Below are positions 1 through 11,798 of a stretch of 64,000 nucleotides of DNA, in pieces. This DNA is from Selaginella moellendorffii (taxonomy: Eukaryota; Plantae; Lycopodiophyta). Each line of letters begins with the position of its first letter. Position 1 is the first letter of the stretch. Location: contig NW_003314263.1 of the NCBI RefSeq assembly GCF_000143415.4, forward strand, positions 3,544,451-3,608,450, written 5' to 3'. The position numbers and the translations under genes were made by a program. Below the pieces are notes generated by a model, which was not told where the DNA came from, did not search any database, and was given only the letters and a program-made list of their open reading frames with translations.

Positions 1-6
1 GCAACG

Positions 7-1110
7 ATGGAGATTATTTGCAGAGCTGGATATTGGTGGCCGACATTGAGGAAGGAGGTTACGTACTACGTCAAAACCTGTGACCCTTGTCAGCGAGCAG
101 GGAAGCCTGATAAGCGTGACTACCAGCCTCTTCATCCACTGTTGCCAGTGATGCCGTTTGAAAAATGGGGGATTGATTTTTGCGGACCGTTTCCTCCAGC
201 TCGACAGACAGGTTATAAGTATGTACTGGTCTGCACTGATTACGTTACAAAATGGTCTGAGGTGAAGGCTCTACGGGAGGATACTGGTAAGAAGGTTGCG
301 GAGTTTCTTTATGAGCAGATAATTACACGGTTTGGAGTTCCCCTTGAACTGGTGAGTGATCGGGGTACACACTTCTTGAACGAGGCAGTGGTAGCACTGA
401 CAGAAACTTATGGAGTTTATCACTCGAAGTCTACTCCTTACTACCCGCGTTGCAATGGTCAAGTGGAGCGTACAAATGGAACTCTTTGCCGGATTGTTAC
501 TAAGACCTGCTCAGCTTCTCGGATGGATTGGGATAAGCGCCTTTTGGATGCAATTTGGGCATATCGAGTTGCTTTTAAGGTGACCACTCGGTTCTCACCT
601 TTTCAGTTGGTTTATGGGCAGGAAGCACTATTGCCGGTGGAGCTTGAAGTTCCAACCTTGAGGACGGCTGTAGAGCATGCTATGGACTGGGACGGTGCCA
701 TACAGCAGAGGCTGAACGAGCTAGAACAATTGGATGAGACGAGGCTGCTGGCATTCCAAGCTAGAGAGGCATTGCAGAAGCGGAGAAAGAAATGGCATGA
801 TGATCATATTCGAGAGTGGAAGTTTGCAATAGGGGATTTGGTGTTGCTGTATGACAGCAAGTTTTGGAAACGGCCAGGAAAACTCAAGATACGGTGGCTG
901 GGCCCTTACGTGGTGGTGAATGTCAACGACAATGGCTCGGTGCAGGTGGCAGATTTGAGTGGGAACCTGCTGCCAACGTGGATCAATGGTTTCCGATTGA
1001 AGAAGTACCATCCACGTTCAAATGTTGAAACAGCCGTAGCTAAGCGAGAGTCCAATGTGTTGGAGCCATCCGAATCAGAGTCGAGGATGACCAGAGCTAA
1101 GGCCAGCTGA
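7..1110 (+). mobile_element. Ty3/Gypsy LTR-retrotransposon pol 3' end (integrase), non-chromovirus (Athila/Tat-like); element begins upstream of the window
   Basis: ORF shows the end of the Zn-binding domain (YWW...CDPCQ), the rve core (WGIDFCGPF, LVSDRGTHF, YYPRCNGQVER) and a GPY/F motif (GKLKIRWLGPY...INGFRLKKY). No chromodomain. Confidence 0.95.
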
Positions 1111-1788
1111 GAGCTGTGGTTGTAGCTGAATGGGAAGTTTCAGAATCGAATGGAGGTATGTTGGTGTTTTCATTTAAGAACAAGCGTAGAAGACGCAGGT
1201 AGAGTTGGCTGCACATCCTTGAGAGGAGCAGCTGAAGGGGGAGATTTTATGAGTTCAGGTGTGGAGCGCCAGGAGGATTTATTTAGGAGGCTGTAGACGT
1301 CGGTGGAGGCGAGCTCAGCAATAGTGTAGGAGAAGAGAGTTGAAAGAGGCGGAGTGTCGCCGTGTGAGAAGTCAAATGGAGCCGAGTTGAGCGGTGTCAG
1401 AGGAAAGTGTAGCAGAGTTGGGTTTGAACCAGTCAAGAAGTCAGTGGTTAATGGCAGTCAGCGTGCCGAGGGCGGCGCGAGTATCAGGGTAGTATGGTGT
1501 CAACCATATATACGGTCGTATTTTCATATTTGAGGTTGCTTTTGTGAGTACTGACGTATTTCTGAGTTAGAAAAAAGGTGAAAAATGAAGAAGCTCGCTG
1601 AAGAAGCTTCCTATGAATATTTCGTCTAGAGAGAGAAAAAGTGACGGATTTCAGAAGTGAGAATTTGAAGAAGTGGTTTTCTATGAAGTTGAAGATCTGA
1701 TCAAGGACAGTTCTTTGGTGGTGAAATCAAGTCGATCGGAGTTGTGGATGAAAAGTTATTAGCTGGGAAAGTTTCAGCCATTGGTTAG

Positions 1789-2052
1789 TGTTTAAGTTTT
1801 TAGTAGTTTGAAAATTAGGTACGGCCATTTAGTTATTTTACAGCTCTTGTGTTCTCTCTCGGGTTCTGGAGTTCTCTTTGCTTGAAGATGGTGAGACCTT
1901 TTATAGGCCGTCAAGATCCCATCGCCGTGATCATCGAGGAGTTTCTGCAGATCCAGCGCACTCAGTATGAGTGATTTGTAGTTACTGCTGAAATACAAGC
2001 CCTAGGGGAGTCTTTCCTGTCTTTCTTGGTTGTCGTGTATTTTTTCCCCACA
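1789..2052 (-). mobile_element. LTR-like fragment
   Basis: On the minus strand it starts TGTGGGG, ends TAAACA and has a central CCTATAAAAGG TATA box. No matching TSD, PBS or second copy in the window. Confidence 0.35.
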
Positions 2053-2268
2053 AGGGGTCACTAATCTATGAGAAACAAGCAACCACAATTTATATATGAA
2101 TCAAATCATGTTACTGTGATAAATAAGAATTAGTTTAAGATGAAGGTTATGACATTTGAGCTCCATTTGTTCCATTATGTTAAGTGGATCCTTATAAACC
2201 AAAGTAAAGTTTATTGAAAATCTCCTTCTAAAGCCAATTTTTTTTCCCTCAATAGCGCTTTTGACGGC

Positions 2269-2527
2269 TATATACATATATACATATATATATATATGTA
2301 TATATACATATATATACATATATATACATATATACATATATACACATATATACATATATATACACATATATACATATATACACATATATACATATATATA
2401 CATATATACATATATATACATATATACATATATATACATATATACATATATATACATATATACATATATATACATATATACATATATATATATATACATA
2501 TATATACATATATACATATACATATAT

Positions 2528-2563
<36 letters not shown>
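2269..2563. repeat. Compound (TA)n/(TACA) microsatellite, about 295 bp
   Basis: Directly visible. Part of it has a higher-order 18-nt period (CATATATACATATATATA). The YI-rich ORFs here are artefacts. Confidence 0.99.
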
Positions 2564-2849
2564 GTTATTCTTGGAAAAATAACCCCTAATATTAGAATTT
2601 TATATAGCTTATATTTTGAGATAGTAAAGAACACTGGTAAGAACAAAAAACAACTGTATAACTATTATGATTGCATTGATTTACACACATAATTTGTCTG
2701 CCACAAAATGCTAACATGCAATTCCTTCTCCATCATCTGGATCAAATAAATGTAATGCCTGATTTGTATTACATTGTGAAGCCTGTTGGTTTAACTCAAA
2801 TACTAGACCATCTTTCAGCATGCTAACCAGATTTCCATGGCACACTTTA

Positions 2850-3030
2850 TTTACAAACACATCATATGCCATTTTAGAGTCCCTACAATCCTCATTTCAG
2901 ATCATGGTTAAACTTTCCTTGGCCAGCTCTTACAGGTGCATCATATGCAGAATAGTAGTTACTACCCCCAGTTGAATAGCTAGGCTAAGTCCAGCTGTAA
3001 GCTCGGGCATGGGATCTTCTCAAACTCAAT
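2850..3030 (+). mobile_element. Highly decayed retrotransposon integrase remnant
   Basis: Translates to TILISDHG*TFL and SSYYPQLNS*A, resembling the rve motifs xxSDxGxxF and xxYxPQxNGxxE. Confidence 0.5.
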
Positions 3031-3597
3031 GAGCAATGCTGTGTCGGTTAAGCATCCCTTCATCTTAAAGTCAAAACACACTATTTGCCCTACCAGCTTT
3101 TTAGAAAGTACCATAGCTCTAAAGTAGGTGGCAAAAGTGGATTATCTAGGGGCCCAATAGTCGGTTGAAACCTTACATTATTTGGAACGCATCTATTCTC
3201 AAACCGTCAATAGCATCAATCAGTCACATTGTGATCCTTTGCAAGTGTCCGGGGTTTTTAAATCTTTTTACGAATGGATTCGAAGAAAGAATCTAGTCGA
3301 TCGAGAGTCACTCGCGTCGCTGTTGGAATCTCCTTCGCGGGGACGTAACATTCCTAACGTTTCCTTTTGTTTTTATGTAAAATCCAAGGATTTTGGAAGA
3401 GGCCAAGTTCTATTCGACTAGAAGACCAAAGGAGTAGATTGGACCACCATAGTCTTAGAAAAGGGATTGGAGTGGTCAGTTTGGATCGGATCTCTGGGTC
3501 CATGGCGAGAAGAAACTTCTTCTCTGATAAAAGAAGCTCTATAGATTTCTTGCCGTATCAGCCAATTTCATATGGGTCACTGGCTTGTGGAATGCCA

Positions 3598-3636
3598 CAT
3601 GCCAAGCGAGTGCTCTACCATCTGAGCTACATCCCC
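3598..3636 (-). pseudogene. 5' half of a nuclear-type tRNA-Ala (anticodon reads GGC), 3' half absent
   Basis: Minus strand reads GGGGATGTAGCTCAGATGGTAGAGCACTCGCTTGGCATG, nearly identical to plant cytosolic tRNA-Ala nt 1-39. The upstream flank is AT-rich with a CAA motif. No T-arm or B box follows. Confidence 0.85.
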
Positions 3637-4074
3637 ATTGTTATCTTAATCTTCTACACAAAATATTCAATATTACATCTTTTGGAAGAGATTATTTCAA
3701 GAAAGCTAAATTTAAAAGTCGGAGATCTAACGATTTGAAGCTCCCTCATGGTTGGGATGGACCTGATTAATTAAACATATTAATAAACAGGAAAAAGAAG
3801 GAAAAGATGAAAAGACCTTGGTGAAAAAATTTCACCTGAGGAAGTTTTGTGGCACTCATTAAGATCCAGCAGGAACTGGCACTTTCCAATATCATTGAGA
3901 TTAGAATTCACACACTGCAAAACAAATTAAATATATAAGTATTTAGCTCTAAATAATTTATATTATAAATAGTAGAAAAGCAAATAAATGGCGAGCACAC
4001 GACAGTAGCATCGGCCCAGCCAGCAATGGCTCTGCAGAGGAGCATGGACGATTTGTGCTTGAACGCAACCAAAG

Positions 4075-4480
4075 CCGGTATGCAAGGTCCTACAATGGCA
4101 TCCACTACGCAGTGCGCCATGGCACTACTTGTTCCAAATGCCGCTCCTGCTCAAACTCAAAGAAATCGTTTAGAAAACCACGTAAAATAAAGCCACACTC
4201 TTTAGATCTCACACCTTGCACGATTGTTGCCGCAAGGCCTCCCAGCATTGAAGGAGCCAGGGCATGGTAAACTGCACAAGCCCACAAATGAGTTCTTTCA
4301 GTCGCGAATCGCGATCATACCAATTGTGTTCTTACCAGATGGTGGAGGAGCACTGTTTGGACGTTGCACCACCTTTGGCCTCGGAGGGGCCTTGCCTGTG
4401 TGTGAAAAGAAAATGTCCAAGTTGATATCTTGTATACGCAATTTGGGCAATCAAAAGTTACCTCCATCTCGTCAGGGCAT
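4075..4480 (-). pseudogene. CHCHD2/MIC17 (twin CX9C, At12Cys-like) pseudogene, 4 exons
   Basis: Spliced GT-AG exons give MP*RDG / GKAPPRPKVVQRPNSAPPPS / ...APSMLGGLAATIVQ / GAAFGTSSAMAHCVVDAIVGP, matching the plant motif GGLGSTIAQGMAFGTGSAVAHRAVDAVMGP. There is a stop at codon 3 and no CX9C domain was found. Confidence 0.8.
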
Positions 4481-4576
4481 TCTTTTGACATCATAGTGGT
4501 GACATATCACCAAGCTCCATTATTTAGCATGTCAATCTAACCCAGAGAGGGGGATTGGGAGAGATTTGGAGAATCC

Positions 4577-4930
4577 ATGGATGGATGGCTAATGCTTTAT
4601 TGCTTATGTAGTGAATAGTTGAAACCAAGTAAGGCAAAGTAGAAACTAGTGTAATAAATGAGAACCTTGGCAAAGGAACTTAACTAAGGCTAAAGCAATA
4701 TTAGTCGAATATACGAGGTAAACTGGCAAATTAGAAAAAAAAAATTTGTGGCTTACACCGTAGATGGATGGCTAACACTTTATTGCTCTTGTAATGAATA
4801 ATTGAAACTAAGTAGGACCAAATAGGAGCTGGTACAATAAGCAAGAACCTTGGTGAGGGAATTTAACTAAGGCCAAGGTAGTATTGGTCAAATAGACGAG
4901 GTAACTTGGTAAATTGGAAAGGAAAAATTT
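4577..4930. repeat. Diverged tandem duplication, two units of about 185 bp
   Basis: Units at about 4577-4750 and 4763-4930 both start ATGGATGGCTAA and share GAACCTTGG, TTAACTAAGGC and ACGAGGTAA. Confidence 0.85.
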
Positions 4931-4999
4931 ACTTACATATATAAGTTAGGGTTGATATGCACATTTTTTTATTCCCTTTCCATATTCCATGCGCTCACA
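4931..4999 (+). mobile_element. 3' end of an LTR related to the short-LTR Gypsy family at 49262-49437 and 51756-51931
   Basis: TTGATATGCACATTTTTT.ATTCCCTTTCCATATTCCA.GC.CTCACA matches the end of those LTRs. Confidence 0.7.
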
Positions 5000-6722
5000 T
5001 CTCTTTAAAGCAAGGTTATAAAGATAAACTAATCTGTTTGTTGGGATCATCTTTAAAAATAATTTTAAGAAGTGGCCAAGTTATTATATTCATTTTATAT
5101 TTATTAAAAATATTCTTAAACACAATAGAAAGTACCTATTAGTTTGGTTTATGTACATACTCCCTAGTGTTTTATATCTTACCCAATATCCATGAGTCAA
5201 AGGCTTGATGCCTGGGCTAAGTCTAATGCAATGTCTCCTCTCCTTCCAGAGGTTAGGATTTGATTTAGGGGCCTCCACTTCCACTTTGGACCTAGTGGCC
5301 TGTTTGATCTGTAACATGAGAGTTAGAGTTGTAACCATGTCACTATATGTTGCAATTTCTTTTGTTTCTACAGTAGGGAGGAATGTAATTGAATTGTTGC
5401 TAGTGAATAAAATGTTTTTCCTAAGCTGAGTATGTGGTATAAACCAAACTAAGCACGTATCTCAGCCATCATGGCCACATGGTGGAGGCTTATTGTATTG
5501 AATAAATAATATTAATATTTTTTATATAAAAAATAAATAAATCAAGTATTGTTGAATAAGAATGTGCAATAATTACTTTTTTGTACCAGTATATCATGCA
5601 TTTATCTTAATTGCATATGAAAATTTGCAAAGAAAAATCATAATGAAAAAAATCAATAACTAACAAAGATGTTAATTGACTTTCTAATGCAATTGATGTA
5701 TACTTCTGGTTTTATAGCTGTTGATAGGAGAAAATGTCAATCAAAAAACATCAATGATAATGTTTTGCACAATCATCCCCATGGTTTGTGTTATGCCAAG
5801 GTATGATCCAGGTTCAATCCCAGTGTAAATGTTAATACTAGTTTCTTTACACACATGTATAATCTACATTTGATAATGCTTTTTGGACATCTTGGAGTGC
5901 ATATGTAAGAGCCAAAAGCATGAGGAGAAAGAAACTTATGATATACTGGGAGGCCAAAGGACCATGAATAGTGCTGAGCCTTTTGTGCTAAAGAGAGTTT
6001 AGCATTGTGCTTGTTTAATCCCTATAGGACGTTAAGGAGTGTACATACACACATGTCATTGAGACTAAAGGCATGGACTGGTCCAAAATCTTCAAGCTAG
6101 AAGAGCAGAGGTATGTTTTTCAGTAAAACAGTTGAATATTAGGAGGAAGTTTATAAACTATATACACGAAATTCAGAATATCCTAGAATATTCAAGCATA
6201 CTTTAGATATATCCTGTTTTGTGACCAAAATAGTTAATTTCCATGAATACAATTTAAAAAATTTTAATTGCTTTTTACTAATTTTCTAGACAAGCTCAGA
6301 ATAAACATCCATATGCTTCATCATTCAAGAAGCCATCCTAATGTTTGAGAGCATATTTATACAAAGAGCAATCTGAGAAAGCTGTACCTCAAGGATCAAC
6401 CTTGTAAATCTTGCTTAAATCAGCATCCAGCAGAATCCACTTGGTTCTTGGTTGTTGTGAACATGTTTAGACCAAACGAATGGCACTTTGAATTTGAAGC
6501 AAGAAAACATATAGACAGTACTTGCTATAATGTTGCGGTTCAAGCTCAGCTAAGCCGGCATGGAGCAGCTCACAACAAGTTAGTGCGCATTTGGCACCAA
6601 TTTGATTCCAAGAGAGAATAACATGAGAGAAACAGAGCTCTCACTATCTATCTCCCACACGAAAGACTAAAAAACCAAAGACAGGAATGGGCACGGCCAA
6701 CACTAGGAGGCGCAGCCTCCCT

Positions 6723-6740
6723 GCCACGTGGTGCCACGTG
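6723..6740. promoter_or_regulatory. Tandem G-box/ABRE pair (GCCACGTG x2, 10-bp period)
   Basis: GCCACGTGGTGCCACGTG about 1 kb upstream of the AAA-ATPase ATG. Function untested. Confidence 0.4.
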
Positions 6741-7766
6741 ATCCACTCCAACCAAAGGATATCAACCAAATTAGAGATCAAATCCCGAGGGAAAAAAATA
6801 CAATAACACAGTGATTCTCGCAAGCAAGCAAACTAGCTGGTCATGGACGCTGGCTGCCGTGGGAGTGATAGCACCACAGGCACACACCAGCACAGCGCCG
6901 CACGGAAAACTTTCCCTGGAAATCACGATCAAGGCTGCAAGCAATGCATGCAGGCAAGGAAGATCCAAGAAGAGAAAATATATTATGGCAAGAAACACCG
7001 ACCTCGGCGGATGTTGCACTATATAGAAATCACAACAACAACCGCCAGTTGTAGATTGTGATTATTCTTTGTAGTCTGACGATGCAGCAGCTCAAAACCA
7101 TCATCTTCGCGCTTGCTGTAAGAAATTCTTATCAGCAGCCTCATTCAGACAAAGAAGCAGCAAGAAAAAATTGATACCATACCTGAATTGCACCAGCAGC
7201 CAATCCGGCAACTCGGGAAGTCTTGGACGATTCACCACGCGGGTTTTTTTAAAATTTTCTATTGACTTTCTACTGAGAACGCTGTTGCGCATTTTGTTTG
7301 CTATCACAAGCCTGGTAAAGCCTCTCAAGCTCTTTTCAACTACAAGCGAGAGGAGCCCATCGATCTTCAGGTATGTCCTCTTCTCATAGAACAAGAACTA
7401 AACAACGAAAGTCATGCAGACCAAAATTTTCAAAAAGCGAACATTTTTTTCCCCTGGAATCTTTTCACTTCCCATTCGATGGAACGAGCTCGGGAACTTC
7501 CCTGCGACCATCACTCAAACTGTTCATTTAGTGTGCAGCCTCAGAAGGAACAGGTGACATGTAGAAGTTTATTCTATTGTTAAAGTTATCGCCGCTGACA
7601 CAGTCCTTTGACCGCATCGTGAGCATGACTCACGAGATTGACGAAGATTTCTCTACAAGAAAATACGCGGGAGCTGGCTTCGTTGCGGCTTCATCTACAC
7701 GCCAACACCACAATAAGAGTGACGCAGCAAGGTCAGTGTTCGCAACAGCAGCAGCAGACGAGCAAG

Positions 7767-9203
7767 ATGGCAATGGCAGGGGGGTATTTCTCCCATCTCG
7801 GTTCGCTCATGGGCTTCATCATGATCCTCAACCAGATAGTTCCGCCCCACGTCTGGTTGCTTCTGGAGCTCAAGCTCAAGAGGTTTGTAACTTGGCTATG
7901 GTGGGAGACAGAGCTCTCAATCCCAGAGTACGTCCGGAACAACACCAACGAGATCTACGACCTGGTCGACCTCTACGTTGCTCACCTCACCGACACCAAC
8001 ACCAAGAGCTCGGTAAACAGGATCCAGTTCACGCGAGTGAAGAACGCCAGCAAGCCGAATTGCAACCTCACCAGGGGCGAGCGAGTGGAGGACAAGTTCA
8101 AAGGCGTCACATTCTCCTGGGTCTTCAACGTCACCGAGCCCTCCAACGGCGGAGGCTTCAGCTATTTTGATCGAAGTGGAGGAACACGCCGAGAGTACGT
8201 TGTCCAAGTTCACAGGAGGCACAAGTGTACACTCTTGCCCGAGTACATGAGGGAAGTGATCAAGCTCGGAGAGAGCTTGAAGCACCAGAACCAAGACCGG
8301 CAGCTCTACACCAACATAGGAAACTCGGACGACTGGGGTTACAGGAACAAGCCGTGGAGATCGGTGCCTTTCAAGCATGCCTCGACGTTCTCGAGCCTGG
8401 CGCTGGATCCCGAGCTCAAGAACAAGATCGTCCAGGACCTGGATTCCTTCATGGCTGGTAAGGATTTCTTTGAGAGAGTTGGGAGGGCTTGGAAGCGCGG
8501 GTATCTCTTATACGGGCCTCCGGGGACTGGGAAGTCGTCACTCATCGCTGCCATAGCAAACTACACGCAGTACGATGTCTATGACATGGAGCTGACGGAG
8601 GTGAAGAGCAATGCCGACTTGAGGAAGCTGCTCATGGGGATTTCCAACAAGGCGATCATCGTGATCGAGGACATTGACTGCTCGCTGGAGCTCAAGAAAA
8701 GGGGAAAGCCAGCGCCGGAGGAAGAAACCAGTGAAGAGTCGAAGGAGAAAGATGGAGAGTCCGGGAAGAAAGCCAAGAAGAAAGATGAAGAGAGCAGCCG
8801 ACTCACACTCTCGGGGCTGCTGAATTTCATCGATGGGCTGTGGTCTTGTAGCGGGAGCGAGAGGATCATCATCTTTACGACAAATCACAAGGAAGATCTG
8901 GATCCCGCACTGCTGCGGTCGGGCAGGATGGACCTTCACATTTTGATGGGCTACTGTGGATTTGAGGCGTTCAAGGTGCTGGCGTGGACTCACCTTGAGA
9001 TCTCGCAGAAGGGCGAGTTTGAGAAGGAGTTTGGAGAGATCGCGGAGCTGATCGCCAAGGTTGAGATCACTCCTGCTGATATCGCGGAGGTGTTAATCCA
9101 GAACAGGGGGAACTCGAGAGGGGCTCTAGAGAAAGTGATTGAGGCTCTTCGGGATCAGGTTGCAAAGAAAGATGAAGAAGAGTGTAAGAGCAAGCAGGAA
9201 TGA
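7767..9203 (+). CDS. BCS1-clade plant AAA-ATPase (ASD/OM66-like), intronless
   Basis: Hydrophobic N-terminus and AAA_assoc-like region, WKRGYLLYGPPGTGKSS (Walker A), IIVIEDIDCS (Walker B), LTLSGLLNFIDGLWS and LDPALLRSGRMD. First ATG is at 7767. Confidence 0.95.
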   Translation: MAMAGGYFSHLGSLMGFIMILNQIVPPHVWLLLELKLKRFVTWLWWETELSIPEYVRNNTNEIYDLVDLYVAHLTDTNTKSSVNRIQFTRVKNASKPNCNLTRGERVEDKFKGVTFSWVFNVTEPSNGGGFSYFDRSGGTRREYVVQVHRRHKCTLLPEYMREVIKLGESLKHQNQDRQLYTNIGNSDDWGYRNKPWRSVPFKHASTFSSLALDPELKNKIVQDLDSFMAGKDFFERVGRAWKRGYLLYGPPGTGKSSLIAAIANYTQYDVYDMELTEVKSNADLRKLLMGISNKAIIVIEDIDCSLELKKRGKPAPEEETSEESKEKDGESGKKAKKKDEESSRLTLSGLLNFIDGLWSCSGSERIIIFTTNHKEDLDPALLRSGRMDLHILMGYCGFEAFKVLAWTHLEISQKGEFEKEFGEIAELIAKVEITPADIAEVLIQNRGNSRGALEKVIEALRDQVAKKDEEECKSKQE

Positions 9204-10335
9204 TCAAAATATCTGAAGCATTGCACTACCCGTGGTAGAGTACTATTTCTAGACCACCAGCGGTGCATTACAAATCAAATTCACAAATGAATTTTCTTTT
9301 GGACAAGAAGAATGCCAATAAACTACCACCACAGCTTAGAGGTCCGTCACTTTTGGTCAATTCTTCCCAAAAGATTATGTTGGAGAACTTTGGCTTAATC
9401 AACTTGATTGTTTCAGAAATTATCCAGAAGATTATCATGCAGAAAATGATGTTTACCTCCAAGAAGTATCATTCTTGGAGCAACCAACGATGCCAACGAA
9501 GAGCAGCTAGCTCAGTATATCGGCAAATCTCTAGTATTGGCAATTTGCACACCATTGCAAATTCATAAGCTCTATGCTTTCGATATACTAAATAGATATT
9601 TGTACCTACCCTACATGTATCACAGCCAGCCTATCGCTGTAAACAAACTGCACGTTGGCCCAGGCTAGATCAAGTAGCGATCAAGTAGCAAATAAGAGAA
9701 TCAAACGTAGAAACAGTGGCAAATAAAGCCGGGTTGGGAGATTTCCTGGGAAGTCTAAATCAAAGATTTTAAAACTTGTGTGGATGAAAGTGAGGAATTT
9801 TGGGTGGTTAATATAAGTTAACACAATAACGTTGACCAGAAGTGGTGATTGTGGAATATCTTTGACAGGCCACAATCGCTATTAAGATGGAGAGAGAAGA
9901 AAATCAACAAGGAGCCCACCAATCAAGCTGGAGCCAGTGAAGGCTAACTTTGTGCTGGAGCTGGAGTGAGATCTTGAGAAACAATGGATGAATAGGCGGA
10001 GGATTCTGTGCTGGAGCTGAAGCAAGGGCTCGAGAAACAAGAGGTGTGAAGAGTTTGTCTTCGAGAAGAAGCAAACTGGTTTTGTGTTGGAAAACATTTC
10101 TGTGCTGAGGTGATAGCTCAAATCACCCTCTTGCCTGTTGATTATACCAACTAAACAACAGTTTCATAACGGTACTGAAAATTTTTACTGGAAAGAAACT
10201 ACAAAGTCGATCGCAATCTCGTCATTTTATGAAAAAGAAAGTGGAAAGGAAAAAAAAATCCAAACAAGCGGACATATGTGTCAAAGGCCACGCGTAGTGT
10301 ACACAAATAATTTATCAGTGGGACGAGTGATTCAC

Positions 10336-11236
10336 TCACTTGGACAAGAGAGCTTGCAGCTCGTCTCTCTTTCTATCCATATCCTGTGCAAGCAAGGAAG
10401 ATCATGTAGGATAAACTCAAATTGTTTTTTCGAGACGACCCACCTCGAGATCCTTGACAGCCTTCTCTCGCCAGTTGGATTTATCCACTCTAGAACGCTT
10501 GAGTTTTCCAACGCAAAGTAGACCCTGCCGAGATCAAATTCACAAAGATCGTGACTACCATCAAAGGGAAGTTTTTCTTACCGCAATAACGTAGATTGCT
10601 CCACAGGCAAGGAGTAAACCGCTTGCAACTTCCGCAAGAACAACTTGGTATGCCTTGTCTCTGTGCTCGTTTGACAAGGCCTTCGTCATCACTCCAACAC
10701 TGTAGAAACTCCAAGGATCAAGGACCTGGAAGCTAAGACTTAAGAACTTACAAGATCTGTAGCATGCCTCGTCCGACCCAGTACTCGAGAACCTGATACA
10801 CATTGGATAAGATCACAGAACCTTTGAAAAGAGTCGCAAACTTACTCGCCAGAATTTCAATATGTGTTCCAGCTCTGTCTCCGCGACTGCTACGAACAAA
10901 GCAATGATCACTGCATAGCAGCGTAGAATGCCTTCAAAGATCTGCAAAAAGAAGGAGAAAAAGTTCATCGCGAGAAAAAAGAAGAAAAAAGCACAAGCTT
11001 TGCAAACTCACGTCTCGTCCATGTTTGAAGGAGCGAACCACCGAGATGATGTTCACGGCGGTACAAAGCAATGCCGCAATGGCGGTGATAACATTGAAGA
11101 TCCGGAAAGTTATCACCAGAGGATCGCTTCCCTGCGAGGAGCTTTGCTCGTGATGGGAAGACTGGCCGGCTGCTTCTTCGTCGTGATGATCTTCCCTTGC
11201 TCCATCGGTCAATCCCTCGTTTAGAATCGACCCCAT
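10336..11236 (-). CDS. COPI-associated / Golgi membrane protein TVP15-like, 6 exons, apparently intact (older paralog)
   Basis: Spliced product MGSIL...SFKHGRD/IFEGILRCYAV...KFWR/VLEYWVGRGMLQIF/VGVMTKA...YVIA/GLLCVGKLKRSR...KDLE/DMDRKRDELQALLSK*, with GT-AG introns. Confidence 0.85.
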
Positions 11237-11798
11237 AACTCACTGCTTTGGACAAACAAAAAGGAAATCAACCAATTAGGCAAGAACACGGTGAAGGAGA
11301 ATCCATCATCTCGACAGAGAAAGGAAGATTCCAGCTAGATTTGGTTCGATTGATCGATTTATCGCCTACCTTATAGCGAAAGGAAGATGAGGGTTGCCAC
11401 AGCCAAATGCCACACCATAGCTTCTTTCACACCTAAAGAATGCCACGCCCCCTACGCCATGGCGACACATGGCGCGCGACAAAGGGCTACGTGGCTTCGT
11501 AGAATATTCGGTGTTTTATAAAGCTTTTTGCTTTTTGAAACCGAACTATTCACAACGTGACGTGGCTAAATTATTCGGATATTCAGAAGCGACATTTTTT
11601 GTTGCATTATGTGGTTCTTTTTTTTTTTACTTTTTTTTGCTACGTTTTTCCGAATATTGATTGAGGGAAAAAAATCCACACTGCTTTGGTCTCTAAACTA
11701 AAACATTTTGATTGTGTCTTCGTTCGTCCATTGCACTTTAGATTCTCTCTCTAATATCAAAAACTTCCAATAAACATCATCATAACATGTTAAAACAT

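Noticed and set aside
1498-2052. Possible plus-strand 3' LTR (TG...CA) of the first Gypsy element
   Set aside because: No convincing PPT or second copy. The TATA box and termini fit a minus-strand fragment better, and the antisense frame crosses the proposed start.
2101-2692. Several Y/I/M/H-rich ORFs on both strands
   Set aside because: They are translations of the TA/CA microsatellite.
3182-3640. Plastid insertion with intron-split trnA
   Set aside because: The tRNA half matches the cytosolic type, and no group II intron start or 3' exon was found.
5767-5825. Degenerate tRNA-Gly/SINE-like stretch (TGCCAAGGTATGATCCAGGTTCAATCCC)
   Set aside because: Only a B-box-like motif; no foldable cloverleaf or A box.
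7638-7766. N-terminal extension of the AAA-ATPase ORF
   Set aside because: It starts at TTG; the first ATG is at 7767 and family similarity begins there.
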